From Polyangiales bacterium (GTDB lineage: Bacteria; Myxococcota_A; Polyangia; Polyangiales; Polyangiaceae), in the NCBI GenBank assembly GCA_038230375.1, contig JBBRNJ010000030.1:29513-93512 (forward strand): a stretch of DNA of 64,000 nucleotides, in the 5' to 3' direction. Shown one piece after another: positions 48,391 through 58,309 of this stretch (position 1 is the first letter of the stretch; each line of letters starts with the position of its first letter). The notes below the pieces were generated by a model. It was not told the origin of the DNA, searched no databases, and saw only the letters and a program-made list of their open reading frames with translations. A program made the translations under genes and the position numbers.

Positions 48391-50544
48391 TCAGTACGGC
48401 GAATCCTCTTCCCTCGCTGGCGCTCCCCCACGCGGAGCAAACGACATCCTCGCCTTCTCCGACATCGTCTTCCCCGCGACCTGCCCCTCCACCAGCTCGT
48501 ACCCCATGAGCGCGAACACGCGCCCCTTCGCAAAGATCGGCCTCGCGTTCCCGTACCAGTCCACGCACGACGCGCGGCATCCGTCATGCGTGGTCCCGAG
48601 CGGTGATGCGTCGAGCGACCCGAGCTCCGAGAGCTCGAGCCCGCGGTTCTTCAGGAACAGCACGCCCGCCGAGCCCTCCGTCAGGTAACGACCGCCGCGG
48701 GCGCCCTCCTTGCGGATCGGCAGGCCGACGAACCCCTCGCCCTCCTTCTCCGTGGACGGCTTGTAGAAGAACCCGTGGCTGCGCAGCTCGCCCTGCGATG
48801 CGTTGTGCCTCACGAAGTCGCGGTGCGCGTGCACCTCCTTGCCGAGTCCCACCGGTGAGAACACAAGATCCTGTTGGCGCGAACCTACGACGACTGCGTC
48901 ATCACCCATCGCCTCGATGCGATCGACGCCCTGATCCAGATCAACGACGGACGGCTCTTCCTTCGTGGCGTAGCGATACGCGTAGAGCTTGGAGGCGCCC
49001 GCGCTGCGCGTCCAGTAGCCGTTGCCTGCGCCGTAGAGGAGCCACGGGCCGATGAAGCGGTTCTGCACGGTGTTGCCCTCGGGCTTCGGCACGCGTGTGT
49101 AGCGCGAGCGCGACGCGACCGGCACGCCGTCGGAGAACAGACCGAGCGGCACGCGCATCACGGCTGCATCGCCCGACGTGACCTCGCTTGCCCACATCGC
49201 ATCGCCGTTCGACTCCGAGCGCACGAGCACGTTGAGGAAGCCGCCGTTCTCCTCGAACGAGAACTGATCGGTGGGCATGCCCGCCACGCGCATCGCCGTC
49301 ACCGGCGAACCAGGCTTACGCGCTTCGTGATCCCCGACGGGGGAGATGGGCATCTTCGCGAGCACGCCTGGCGAAGTCTGGAATCCCTGGTTCGGGTTCC
49401 AGTCGCGCATCCACACGTAGACGTTGTTCTCCGACACGTAGAAGACGCGGCCCGCAGGCCCGATCATGCCAACGGAGTCGCACGACAGATCGCTCGCGCG
49501 CAGATCGCACGACGTCACCGTGTGCAGCGCCATGTAGCCAGACGGCGGCGTCTCGTTCGCGAGGTGGTAGAGGCGCGTGGGCGCCAGCGTGCGGATGAAG
49601 TCCGTGTCGACCGCGCCGCGACGCCAGCGACGCACCGCCGGGAACGGCCGGAACACGTCCGCTTCGTACGGCGAGATGTACGTGGGCGCGTAGAAGACCA
49701 GGCGCCCGTCGACGATGCGGCTCGCGTAGTTGCGCGCCGAATAATAGTCGTTCGAGCGCATGTGATACGTCGTGCGGTAGCGGAGCGATCCCGCGGGATC
49801 GATGCTGAAGATCCCGATCTCCGTGCCGCCGCGCGCATAGCTGAAGCCGATGACCACGACATTGTCGCCGTCCACCAGCATCTCGTCGTACCAGCTGCCG
49901 CTCGGATCGATGTCGGGCCCGAATGCGTCGAGCATGCCGCTCTGCTTCATCTTCCCGGCCTCCAGAGACACGGTGAAGATGCGACCGCGACGCAGCACGA
50001 CCAGGTGGTCGCCGTGCATCTTCACGATGTCGCCTTCGTCCACGTTCGCGTGCTGGTTGTTCGTGATTGACTCGCTCGCGTCCTTCTTGGCGGGAGCGGC
50101 GCTGTCGGCAGCGCGTGCGCGCGCGGGCGCATGCTGCGCGGGCGGAGACGCGGGGCTCGGGCTCGGCGGCTTCGGCGCCACGGGTATCACGTTGACGGGC
50201 GTGGGCGCGCCACCCTCCATCGAGGGGCCATTCATGTACGCCGCCTTCTGGCGCTGCGCCTCCATCCCTTCCTTCCACGTGCCGAAGAACTTCTTGAGGT
50301 CGTCCTCGGACTGGAACGCGACCATCTTGCCGGTGGGGGTCTCGTCCGACGTCAGCGCCATCTCCGCCACGACAGGCGACGCTGAGCCAGCGCCACCGTC
50401 AGCTCCGGCGACCCTTGCCTCGTGTGGAGAGGCAAGGACCGCGGATTCCCCCTGCGTCCTCTGACACCCCAGGAAGCCCGACGCGAGGGCCAGAGGAAGC
50501 GTGCATAGTGCAACCAATTTCCAGCGCCTGGTGGTATCCCGCAT
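48391..50544 (-). CDS. Secreted beta-propeller domain lipoprotein (Beta_propel-like)
   Basis: Lipobox FLGC; TNNQHANVDEGDIVK, Y.SRIVDGRL, DQFSFEE, CVDWYGNARPIF. Confidence 0.85.
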   Translation of the reverse strand: MRDTTRRWKLVALCTLPLALASGFLGCQRTQGESAVLASPHEARVAGADGGAGSASPVVAEMALTSDETPTGKMVAFQSEDDLKKFFGTWKEGMEAQRQKAAYMNGPSMEGGAPTPVNVIPVAPKPPSPSPASPPAQHAPARARAADSAAPAKKDASESITNNQHANVDEGDIVKMHGDHLVVLRRGRIFTVSLEAGKMKQSGMLDAFGPDIDPSGSWYDEMLVDGDNVVVIGFSYARGGTEIGIFSIDPAGSLRYRTTYHMRSNDYYSARNYASRIVDGRLVFYAPTYISPYEADVFRPFPAVRRWRRGAVDTDFIRTLAPTRLYHLANETPPSGYMALHTVTSCDLRASDLSCDSVGMIGPAGRVFYVSENNVYVWMRDWNPNQGFQTSPGVLAKMPISPVGDHEARKPGSPVTAMRVAGMPTDQFSFEENGGFLNVLVRSESNGDAMWASEVTSGDAAVMRVPLGLFSDGVPVASRSRYTRVPKPEGNTVQNRFIGPWLLYGAGNGYWTRSAGASKLYAYRYATKEEPSVVDLDQGVDRIEAMGDDAVVVGSRQQDLVFSPVGLGKEVHAHRDFVRHNASQGELRSHGFFYKPSTEKEGEGFVGLPIRKEGARGGRYLTEGSAGVLFLKNRGLELSELGSLDASPLGTTHDGCRASCVDWYGNARPIFAKGRVFALMGYELVEGQVAGKTMSEKARMSFAPRGGAPAREEDSPY

Positions 50545-50654
50545 GGAGCCCGTAGACGTGAGCGCCCGAAAAAAGATCTACGAAAGATCCCGATCGCGGG
50601 AACAAACGAGCAACGTGTAGCTGGGCGAGTGCATCGAAGCCCGCGAGCCCCGAC

Positions 50655-51002
50655 GTGCCCAACCAACGAAACCCATTGAAGGTGAAGCGCGCCGCCGCCG
50701 ACCCGAAGAGGCCCGGACAGGAGTGCAAGGCCCCGCCAGCGACCTTCGGGCCGGTGGTGAACCGCGGGCGCTGCGAAGGCAAAGGCGACTGCGTGGAGGT
50801 GTGCCCCTACGACGTCTTCGAGGTCGGCAAGATCGACCCGGCCGACTACCGCGCGCTGCCACTGATGGCGCGCTTCAAGGTGCGCGTTCACGGGATGAAG
50901 ACTGCCAACACACCCCACCTGGATGCCTGCAAGGCCTGCGGCCTCTGCGTGGTGGCATGCCCCGAGAAAGCGATCACGCTCGAGGAGCGTGCGACGCCTT
51001 GA
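50655..51002 (+). CDS. Dicluster ferredoxin
   Basis: CEGKGDCVEVCP and CKACGLCVVACP; start uncertain. Confidence 0.85.
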   Translation: MPNQRNPLKVKRAAADPKRPGQECKAPPATFGPVVNRGRCEGKGDCVEVCPYDVFEVGKIDPADYRALPLMARFKVRVHGMKTANTPHLDACKACGLCVVACPEKAITLEERATP

Positions 51003-51056
51003 GCCTCGAGCTGCAGGCGGCGCATTCGTTCGGTTCGGCTACACTGTGAGGGGCAG

Positions 51057-51473
51057 ATGGGGACCACGCCAAGGCTCGGGGCAGAGACGGTGCTGCTTCT
51101 GGAGGACGAGCCCGCCGTGCGCCGGGCTACATCCAGGATGCTGAGGTCGCTCGGATACGTGGTGCTCGACACATCGCGACCGACCGAAGCGATCGCGCTC
51201 GCGCGTGAGCACGCAGGTCCCATTGACGTGCTGGTGACGGACGTCGCGATGCCCGAGATGAGCGGCATGGAAGCCGCGCGCGAATTCCGCCTCGTCCGTC
51301 CAGCCGCAGCCGTGCTCTTCGTGTCGGGCTACAGCAAGAGCGCGGTCACGGCAGACAATGGCGCGCCATTGCGGCACCTCGGCAAGCCCTTCTCCAAGAC
51401 GGAGCTCGCCACCGCCCTGCGCGAGGCCCTTTCCTCTGCACCCGCTCCAGGATCATCAAGCGCGGCGCAGTGA
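51057..51473 (+). CDS. Single-domain response regulator receiver
   Basis: LLEDE, LVTDVAMPEMSG, VSGY, KPF. Confidence 0.88.
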   Translation: MGTTPRLGAETVLLLEDEPAVRRATSRMLRSLGYVVLDTSRPTEAIALAREHAGPIDVLVTDVAMPEMSGMEAAREFRLVRPAAAVLFVSGYSKSAVTADNGAPLRHLGKPFSKTELATALREALSSAPAPGSSSAAQ

Positions 51474-51476
51474 GCT

Positions 51477-52523
51477 ATGCTTGCCGGCGTGGAGCTGCCC
51501 ACCACCTTCACCTGCCTCGCGGATCTGGGACGCCTTCCTTGGTTTCAGGCGTACGACGATCGCGTCGTGGTCTCCGACGAGAGCATCGGCCCCGTCATCG
51601 ACGTCCACACGCACCTCGCGCTCGCTTACGTGCGGCCGATGCAGCTCGACCTCTACAAGAACGCCCGGCACACGGAGCACTACCTTCCGTCGTGCTGCAA
51701 GCTGGACCTCGACATCTACGTGAACAAGAACTTCGAGCCGAAGGATCTCTCGGCGATGAAGCGTGACCTCACGCTCGGTAGCGTGAGGAGCTCCGGCATG
51801 CGGAAGACCCACACGGTGCCGAACCTGCTGCGCGAGATGAACGAGCTCGGCGTGGAGCACTCCGTGATCCTGCCCATCGACTTCCCCGCCCTCAGCGAGA
51901 ACTGGGTCCACGCCACGTCTGCCGCGAAGACCACGGAGAAGCTCATCTCGTTCGGCTCCGTGCACCCGTACGCACGCAACGTGCGCGACAAGCTGGACGC
52001 ACAGGTGGCGCGCGGCATCCGCGGCGTGAAGATGCACCCGGCCGTCCAGCTGGTCCGCCCCGACGACCCGCGCGCAATGACGCTCTACCGCCTCTGCGGC
52101 GAGCGCAACCTGCCCGTGCTCTGGCACTGCGGCCCTGTCGGCATCGAGCCGCCGCTCGGCCGCTGGCTCTCGCAGGTGCGCTTCTACGAGAAGCCCATCG
52201 CCGAGAACCCGAAGACCACGTTCATCCTGGGCCACGCCGGCGCGCTGCAGTGGGAAGCGGCGCTGGAGCTGGTGCGGCGCTATCCGAACGTCCTCGTGGA
52301 GACCTCGTCGCAGTCGCTGCCTGCGCTGCGGCGCATGGTCGAAAGCATGGATAATACACGCATCCTGCTCGGCTCGGACTGGCCGTTCTACCACCAGGCG
52401 ATCTCGCTCGCGAAGGTGCTGATAGCGACCGAAGGCCGCGCCGACACGAGGCACCGCATCCTGTATGCCAATGCCGCGGAGCTGCTCGGGCTGGAGCGCC
52501 GGAAGAGGACGCGCGTCGCGTAG
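51477..52523 (+). CDS. Amidohydrolase family 2 protein
   Basis: IDVHTH, GVKMHP, LWHCG, LGHAG, LGSDWP, NAAELL; alternative GTG start at 51489. Confidence 0.9.
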   Translation: MLAGVELPTTFTCLADLGRLPWFQAYDDRVVVSDESIGPVIDVHTHLALAYVRPMQLDLYKNARHTEHYLPSCCKLDLDIYVNKNFEPKDLSAMKRDLTLGSVRSSGMRKTHTVPNLLREMNELGVEHSVILPIDFPALSENWVHATSAAKTTEKLISFGSVHPYARNVRDKLDAQVARGIRGVKMHPAVQLVRPDDPRAMTLYRLCGERNLPVLWHCGPVGIEPPLGRWLSQVRFYEKPIAENPKTTFILGHAGALQWEAALELVRRYPNVLVETSSQSLPALRRMVESMDNTRILLGSDWPFYHQAISLAKVLIATEGRADTRHRILYANAAELLGLERRKRTRVA

Positions 52524-52544
52524 CGGGTGCTATTCTTCGGGGTG

Positions 52545-53567
52545 ATGCGACGCTCCTCTCTCGCCTCCCGCCTCCTCCTAGGGCTTGCGCTCGTTGCGCC
52601 TCTCACGGGCCTCACGGCCTGCGAGGAAGAGACGCAGCCGCCGCCGGCCACACCACCTCCTCCCGCGCCAGCCGACCCGGCCGCTCCGCAGACCGCAGCA
52701 TCGGCGCACGCAGAGGGCGAAGAGATCCAGGTCGGCGCGGACGAGGAGAAGTACGCGGACACCGACCCCAGCGCGGTGTCGGAGTTCAGGCCCACGCTCG
52801 AAGGACACGGCGCCTGGGTCGAGGACTCCACCTACGGCACCGTCTGGGTTCCCAACGCGACGGAGGTCGGCCCCGACTTCGTGCCGTACAGCACGGGCGG
52901 TCACTGGGTCTACGACAACGACGACTATGTCTGGGTGAGCGAGTACGACTGGGGCTGGGCCCCGTACCACTACGGACGCTGGGTCTGGATCGAAGGGCGC
53001 GGCTGGTCGTGGATCCCCGGGCGCCGCTACGCGCACGCGTGGGTCGTGTGGCGTACCGGTGACGAGGGCTATGGCTACGTCGGCTGGGCGCCCATGCCCC
53101 CCGCGGTCATCTGGTATGGCGGCGTCGCCGTCGTCGTCTACAGCAGGCCCGAGCCGCGATACGTGTATTGTGCACGTGGCGACGTCTTCTCTCCGGCGAT
53201 CGCAACGCACGTCGTCCCGCGCGACCAGGCGACGGTCATCGCAGGGCAGACGCATCCGTACGAGCCGGGTGGCGTGCACGCCGAGGGCGGAGGACACACG
53301 CTGGCGCAGCCCGCGGTCCATGGTCCGCCGCCGTCATCCGTTGGCATCGACCCCGCGCACGTCGCGCACGCAGCGCCGAACGATCCGCACATCTCGCATG
53401 CACGAGCATACTCCACGCCGTCGTCGGCCAAGCCGCATGGCGCCGCGCCACCGCAGAGTCACACCGTGCGCGCACCGCCCGCGACAGCTGCGCCATCGCG
53501 TCGTTCGTCGAGCCCACCGCCAGCATCGCGCGGCAACTCGAGATCGACCGGACGCTCACACCGCTAG
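52545..53567 (+). CDS. Lipoprotein with Trp-rich DUF6600-like domain
   Basis: Lipobox LTAC; L..HGAW...YG.VWVP, PY..GGHW, WGWAPYHYGRW, GWAPMPP. Confidence 0.82.
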   Translation: MRRSSLASRLLLGLALVAPLTGLTACEEETQPPPATPPPPAPADPAAPQTAASAHAEGEEIQVGADEEKYADTDPSAVSEFRPTLEGHGAWVEDSTYGTVWVPNATEVGPDFVPYSTGGHWVYDNDDYVWVSEYDWGWAPYHYGRWVWIEGRGWSWIPGRRYAHAWVVWRTGDEGYGYVGWAPMPPAVIWYGGVAVVVYSRPEPRYVYCARGDVFSPAIATHVVPRDQATVIAGQTHPYEPGGVHAEGGGHTLAQPAVHGPPPSSVGIDPAHVAHAAPNDPHISHARAYSTPSSAKPHGAAPPQSHTVRAPPATAAPSRRSSSPPPASRGNSRSTGRSHR

Positions 53568-53609
53568 GCGTCTCGAGCGGGCAAGGCCGGGAGCGGGCCT
53601 CAAGGGCGC

Positions 53610-54278
53610 CTATTCGCGGACGCGGCGGACGAGCTTCAGCGCAGAGAGCACGTTCCACACGGCGAACGCGGAGAACAGCATCATCAGTGCGACCGCCCAC
53701 TTGGAGTCGGACGGTGCCTCACCATCGACGATGAGCCACGCGCCTTCGGGGACCTTCTGTCCGGTGGCGTCCTCGACGGCACGCGCAAGCCCGCGCTGCT
53801 TCGGACCTGCTGCGTCGAACCGGACCAGGTGCCCGGTGAACTCCGTGGGCGGAACGTAGCGGCCGGTCTCGGCGCCTTCGCGAACGCGAACCTCTGCCCA
53901 GACGTTGGTATGTCCCTGCACCGGCGACACGCGAAACGTGTCTGCCTGGAAGGGGCGCTCGAAGCGAAGCGCGCTGGCACCGCCGAGCACTGCGCGCCCG
54001 TGCACGTAGTGGTTCTGGGCGAAGGCCGCGGGAGGCGCCTTCGAGAGCTCGCCCAGGTCCTCGGGAATGGTGTCGGCGAACGAGTACTTCGCGTCATTCC
54101 GCAGGGCGACGGCCATGGCGACCGACGCAAGCGCCGTCACCAGGAGCACCATCAACGTGACGCGCCGCTCCCCACGAGGCGGATCGGGGAGCTCCAGGAG
54201 CTCCGGATCGAGTCGCTCCTCCTCCACATCGTGTGCGTGGGGGAACTCTGCGGTGGGCGGGGTGAGGTTGGCGGACAC
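53610..54278 (-). CDS. Hypothetical membrane protein (2 TM)
   Basis: DPELLELP.PP N-terminus; two hydrophobic helices flanking a soluble domain. Confidence 0.75.
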   Translation of the reverse strand: MSANLTPPTAEFPHAHDVEEERLDPELLELPDPPRGERRVTLMVLLVTALASVAMAVALRNDAKYSFADTIPEDLGELSKAPPAAFAQNHYVHGRAVLGGASALRFERPFQADTFRVSPVQGHTNVWAEVRVREGAETGRYVPPTEFTGHLVRFDAAGPKQRGLARAVEDATGQKVPEGAWLIVDGEAPSDSKWAVALMMLFSAFAVWNVLSALKLVRRVRE

Positions 54279-54568
54279 GGAGACCTTTACACTCTATAGG
54301 ATTTCTTGGGGTCGTCGAGCGGTCGGACCCAGGACGGTCTCCTGGTTCGCTCCCGTCTCCCCATGGCTGACATCGCCCACCTGCAAAGGTTTCCACGCCC
54401 GGTCGAAAAATCGCCGATATCGACAACGGAGGCGCCAGAACGGGCCAGAACGCGGCAGAACCGCGAGGATCGCGAAATCCCGGAGCAATTTCGCTGTGAC
54501 TGAAATCTCGGGGTTTGCTTCTGCGTGCGGAACGCGTGTAGGCTGGTCCTCCCTTCAAGGTAGGAACG

Positions 54569-55108
54569 ATGGCAACCGCGACGAAGAACGTGACCTGCCC
54601 CTCGTGCGGCTTCGACAAGAACCCTCCCGGCTCGACTCGTTGCGTGTCGTGTGGCGCCAAGATCGAATTGCTCGGAAAGGTCGCGCGCACGCGCGAGGAA
54701 GAGCTCGAGCGCCGCTATCAGCAAGAGGGCATCAGCCTCACCTGGCTGTTCATTGCGCTCGCCGTCCAGGCGGTGCTCACGGCCGCGCTGGTCTTCGGCC
54801 TGCCCCGCATCATCACCGCGCTCGACTTCGAGGGCGGCAACGGCATGGTCGTCTGCGTTCCGGTGTGGTTCGTCGGCGGCTTGCTCGTCGGCATGATCTC
54901 GCCAGGCCGCACCTTCATCGAGCCCATGGTCGCCAGCTTCTGCGTCGCCGTGCCCACCACGTTCTTGCTCGTCGCGAGCCAGACGGTCCGCACGCTGCCC
55001 ACGTTCCTCTACGTGATCATGAGCGCCATCGGCATCATGTTCACGCTCATCGGCGCGTACATCGGCGAGCGCATCCAGCTCGGCCCGCCCCCGAAGGCCA
55101 CCGAGTAG
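54569..55108 (+). CDS. Zinc-ribbon + 4-TM membrane protein
   Basis: CPSC...CVSC, then hydrophobic helices, SPGRTFIEP; AGGA RBS. Confidence 0.8.
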   Translation: MATATKNVTCPSCGFDKNPPGSTRCVSCGAKIELLGKVARTREEELERRYQQEGISLTWLFIALAVQAVLTAALVFGLPRIITALDFEGGNGMVVCVPVWFVGGLLVGMISPGRTFIEPMVASFCVAVPTTFLLVASQTVRTLPTFLYVIMSAIGIMFTLIGAYIGERIQLGPPPKATE

Positions 55109-55122
55109 CCTCACGACGGACG

Positions 55123-56445
55123 TCAGTCGCCTCCAGCGTCGGCGGAATCCGGTGCACCATACACATAAAGACTGTTGCCGGCAGGGATGGCTATCACGCC
55201 CTGCGCTGCAGCCATCGTCGCCGGATGCTGTTCGTCGAGCGCGCGGAACGGCGCAAGCTGGTCGCTGAACGTGGCCTGGCCAGTAGCCTCGTCCACGCCG
55301 AACAGCATTCCCGTGAGTGAGCCGACGAACACGCGTCCGCCCACGACGATGGGTGGGGTGATCAGGTTGTTGTCGCCCGCGAAGGTCCACGCTGTGCTCA
55401 TACCAGACGCATCCCGGCTGGAGAGCGTGATGCCCTGAAGGAAGTAGCCCGCGCCATGGAAAGCCGGCATCGTTGTTGCCGCAAAACTTCCAAGCTCCGC
55501 GCCCGTGGACGCTGAGAGCAGTCCGTTCTGCCGGGGCAGGTCACGCGCAAACAAGAACCCGTTCGCGAGCACCGACGTCGCGCCACCGCCGCCCGAGCAG
55601 GGCCCGGCGTGATGCCAGCCAAGCGCCTCAGAGAGCAGATCGAATCGATACGCCTGCAGGCAGCCATACGACACGAAGACACCCTCGTCGGACACAGCGG
55701 GCGAGCTGTCAGCGCCGCCTGCCACGAACGCCGCATGAAGCACCAGCCCGGTGCTCTCGTCGAGGGCATACACAGTTCCGTCAGCACCAGAGCCGCCAAA
55801 GTAGAGCGTTCCCTTGTATGCGACGGGAGCAGACGAGAAGGCGTATTGGCTGAGCTTGCCTGCGGTCCAAAGCGGTGCGCCAGTCGTGATGTCGAACGCG
55901 CGGAGATCACCGCCGGTCGCCAGGACGAAGACGCGGCCTCCGTCATACGCAAGACCCACGACCAGGTTCTGCCGCGACGGATCGCTGTAGGTGGCGGTCC
56001 ACGCAAGGTCACCCGTGCGAAGGCGATAGGCCTCCACGGTGCTCTGAGGCGGATTGCCCTCCGTACGCGCGACCACAATGAGCCCCCTCGCGATCACGGG
56101 GTAACCGGGCGTGCTCGCATAGGCCTTCGACCAGAGCCGTACCAACGGTCCAGCGAGAGTGGGATCGTCCATGAACCCGGTATGGGCTGGATTGATTTGC
56201 AACGTGCTGGAGCTTGGCTCGGTGTCTGGCACGTACCCGCCGTCACCACGCGGCTGCAATGGTGTTCCTCCGTCGTACGGAATGACGGGTGTGCTTGCAT
56301 CCGTGAACAACGACGGAGGCTCGCCACCACCAACAGTGGTGCCCGTGGGGCCATCGTTGGTCACGGACTGATGCAGACCGATCCGATCACCGCACGCCAC
56401 CAGAACGATGAGCGCCGCGATCGCGGATGCGCTACGCGTGTTCAC
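55123..56445 (-). CDS. PQQ-like (BamB-type) beta-propeller lipoprotein
   Basis: GTG start overlaps the upstream TGA; lipobox LVAC; AFDITTGAPLW, YALDESTG, SSPAV repeats. Confidence 0.82.
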   Translation of the reverse strand: MNTRSASAIAALIVLVACGDRIGLHQSVTNDGPTGTTVGGGEPPSLFTDASTPVIPYDGGTPLQPRGDGGYVPDTEPSSSTLQINPAHTGFMDDPTLAGPLVRLWSKAYASTPGYPVIARGLIVVARTEGNPPQSTVEAYRLRTGDLAWTATYSDPSRQNLVVGLAYDGGRVFVLATGGDLRAFDITTGAPLWTAGKLSQYAFSSAPVAYKGTLYFGGSGADGTVYALDESTGLVLHAAFVAGGADSSPAVSDEGVFVSYGCLQAYRFDLLSEALGWHHAGPCSGGGGATSVLANGFLFARDLPRQNGLLSASTGAELGSFAATTMPAFHGAGYFLQGITLSSRDASGMSTAWTFAGDNNLITPPIVVGGRVFVGSLTGMLFGVDEATGQATFSDQLAPFRALDEQHPATMAAAQGVIAIPAGNSLYVYGAPDSADAGGD

Positions 56446-57836
56446 AGCGAACGCTCCGGCTTGGCACCCGTGAGGGGCGCCTTGAACCAACCACCGACGA
56501 CAGCGCTCGCACCGATGAACACGCCCTTGTTCTCGACGCCGTCGTCGCGCGAGCTGAGAATATCCGCGGAAGCATGCGGCCCCACGCCCACGAAAAGGTG
56601 CTGTGTGACATGAAACAACAGCGGCACGAACAACGACACGCTTGCCTGTGTGCGTGCGTGCTCCGCTCCTTGTCCGGAGACGGCCCGGCCGTCATCCGCA
56701 CGCGCAACGTCGATTTCCCCGGTGGGAAACACAGAGAGCCACGATGCCAGGTTGCCGCTGACGCCGAGGCGAACGCCGGCACCGAGCCGCGTGCTCACGT
56801 TCTCGGCAGCCTGTCCGGTGGGAATGTCGTAGACCCGGCTTCGTCCATCGCTGATCACCAGCGAGGCGCCCGCAGCGACGTGGTGAGTGAAGAAGTAGTC
56901 GACCGTTGGCGCGAGCCGTACGCCACCGGCCCAGTAGCTGCTCCGGTCTGCGAACGCGTAGCTGGTCGACACAGAGGACTCCGCAGAGATGGCCCATGTC
57001 CCGAGCTCACCGAAGCGGGCAGGAGTTTGCCCCGTCTCGGGCGGCGACGCATCAGCTTCGGGCGCGCGTCCCCGTCGGCCGCCGAAGTAGCCACCCACCA
57101 CCAGAGCAGCAGAGAGACTCGTGGTACCGCCCGTGGTCGCGGCGGGCGCGGACGCGTTCACGCCAGCGAACGAGTGAGAGACGTCGGGCCCGAACCCCAC
57201 GAAGAGATGATTGCGCACGTGCAGCAGGATGGGCGCGAAGAGCTCCACCCTCGCGCCTTTCGAGGACGAGTGAAACGGCAACCACGCCGGTGCGGCCGCC
57301 TGTGGGCTCGCGCGAAACTCGACGAACCGGGTGTCATACGACGCATCATCGTAAGCAAACGTGAAGCGCGGATACCACGAGGACCAACGTCCGAGCGGAA
57401 TGTCGTAGCCCACACGCGCGCCGCCAGACCACGACGTGCCGGTCGTTCGACCCGTGCTCCCATCGGACAGGAAGCCCTGCGCGTCGACGTGCCCGTACGA
57501 GCCGTTCACGCCGATGGAGAGATGGTCCACTACAAACCAATCAATTCCGGGAGCGATCGTGAAATCGACGAACGTGGCGCCGCTATGGAAGGTGGTCTGC
57601 GAAATGCTGGCGCCATACGCGCCCGTGAGCGCGAGCTGACCCGCTGTGCCGAAGCGCGCGCCCGGCAGCTCCACGGTGCTCTGCGCGGGCTCGGGTGCGT
57701 CGTCAGGCGCAGGCTGCGGTCGCCGCTCCACGTCCATCTCCGTGCGCGGATCGGGCACTGGCGACGCGGCACTCGCGTCGCGCGCCAACGCCAGCACACT
57801 TATCACGACGACGATCGCGCTTGCCCCTCGCTCCAT
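56442..57836 (-). CDS. Outer-membrane protein with two tandem beta-barrel-like domains
   Basis: Signal peptide; internal duplication ARFG...AP.[IV]D[WY]F...[VS]LF.P[IL]L.HV..HLFVG.GP...VVGG[YW]F twice. Confidence 0.75.
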   Translation of the reverse strand: MERGASAIVVVISVLALARDASAASPVPDPRTEMDVERRPQPAPDDAPEPAQSTVELPGARFGTAGQLALTGAYGASISQTTFHSGATFVDFTIAPGIDWFVVDHLSIGVNGSYGHVDAQGFLSDGSTGRTTGTSWSGGARVGYDIPLGRWSSWYPRFTFAYDDASYDTRFVEFRASPQAAAPAWLPFHSSSKGARVELFAPILLHVRNHLFVGFGPDVSHSFAGVNASAPAATTGGTTSLSAALVVGGYFGGRRGRAPEADASPPETGQTPARFGELGTWAISAESSVSTSYAFADRSSYWAGGVRLAPTVDYFFTHHVAAGASLVISDGRSRVYDIPTGQAAENVSTRLGAGVRLGVSGNLASWLSVFPTGEIDVARADDGRAVSGQGAEHARTQASVSLFVPLLFHVTQHLFVGVGPHASADILSSRDDGVENKGVFIGASAVVGGWFKAPLTGAKPERSL

Positions 57837-57910
57837 GTGCGAGAGCGACGCTTACCAAACGCACCGCGCACGCGCACAGGTTCGATGGCGATGCGGACGA
57901 CGATTTTGGA

Positions 57911-57929
57911 CTAGCCCACAATGGGCTAG
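57911..57929. promoter_or_regulatory. Perfect 8-bp inverted repeat (candidate operator)
   Basis: CTAGCCCA-CAA-TGGGCTAG in a divergent intergenic region. Confidence 0.5.
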
Positions 57930-58018
57930 CCGCGCTGGTTCAGCACATCCACGTTTTGTCGACCAAGCACTCCACTACCGACTTCGACGTCGAACGCGAC
58001 CTGCGGTATCGTCATCTC

Positions 58019-58264
58019 GTGCCCGCGAACACGTCAAAAAAAGCCGCCACACGGCGATACTTCGAGCTTCTGCGAGCGCTTTCGCCCGCGGAGCGTGGTG
58101 CGATTCTGTCGGGGCTCGTCCTCGCTGCCCGACAGCTGGCGATTGCTTCCATCCGCGCGAGCCATCCGAACGCAGACGAGCGAGAGATCACTGCGCGCCT
58201 CGCCGTTCGCCTCTACGGATGCAGCACTGCGCAACGCCTCTACCCAGACGTAGACGTCGCTTGA
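58019..58264 (+). CDS. Small helical protein resembling putative antitoxins found upstream of nucleotidyltransferases
   Basis: ELLRALSPAER...AARQLAIASIRASHPNADEREITARLAVRLYG pattern; GTG start inferred. Confidence 0.55.
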   Translation: MPANTSKKAATRRYFELLRALSPAERGAILSGLVLAARQLAIASIRASHPNADEREITARLAVRLYGCSTAQRLYPDVDVA

Positions 58265-58309
58265 CGACGCCGTTGCGCGATCCGGCCGTACCTGACGGCG
58301 CTCGCTCTC

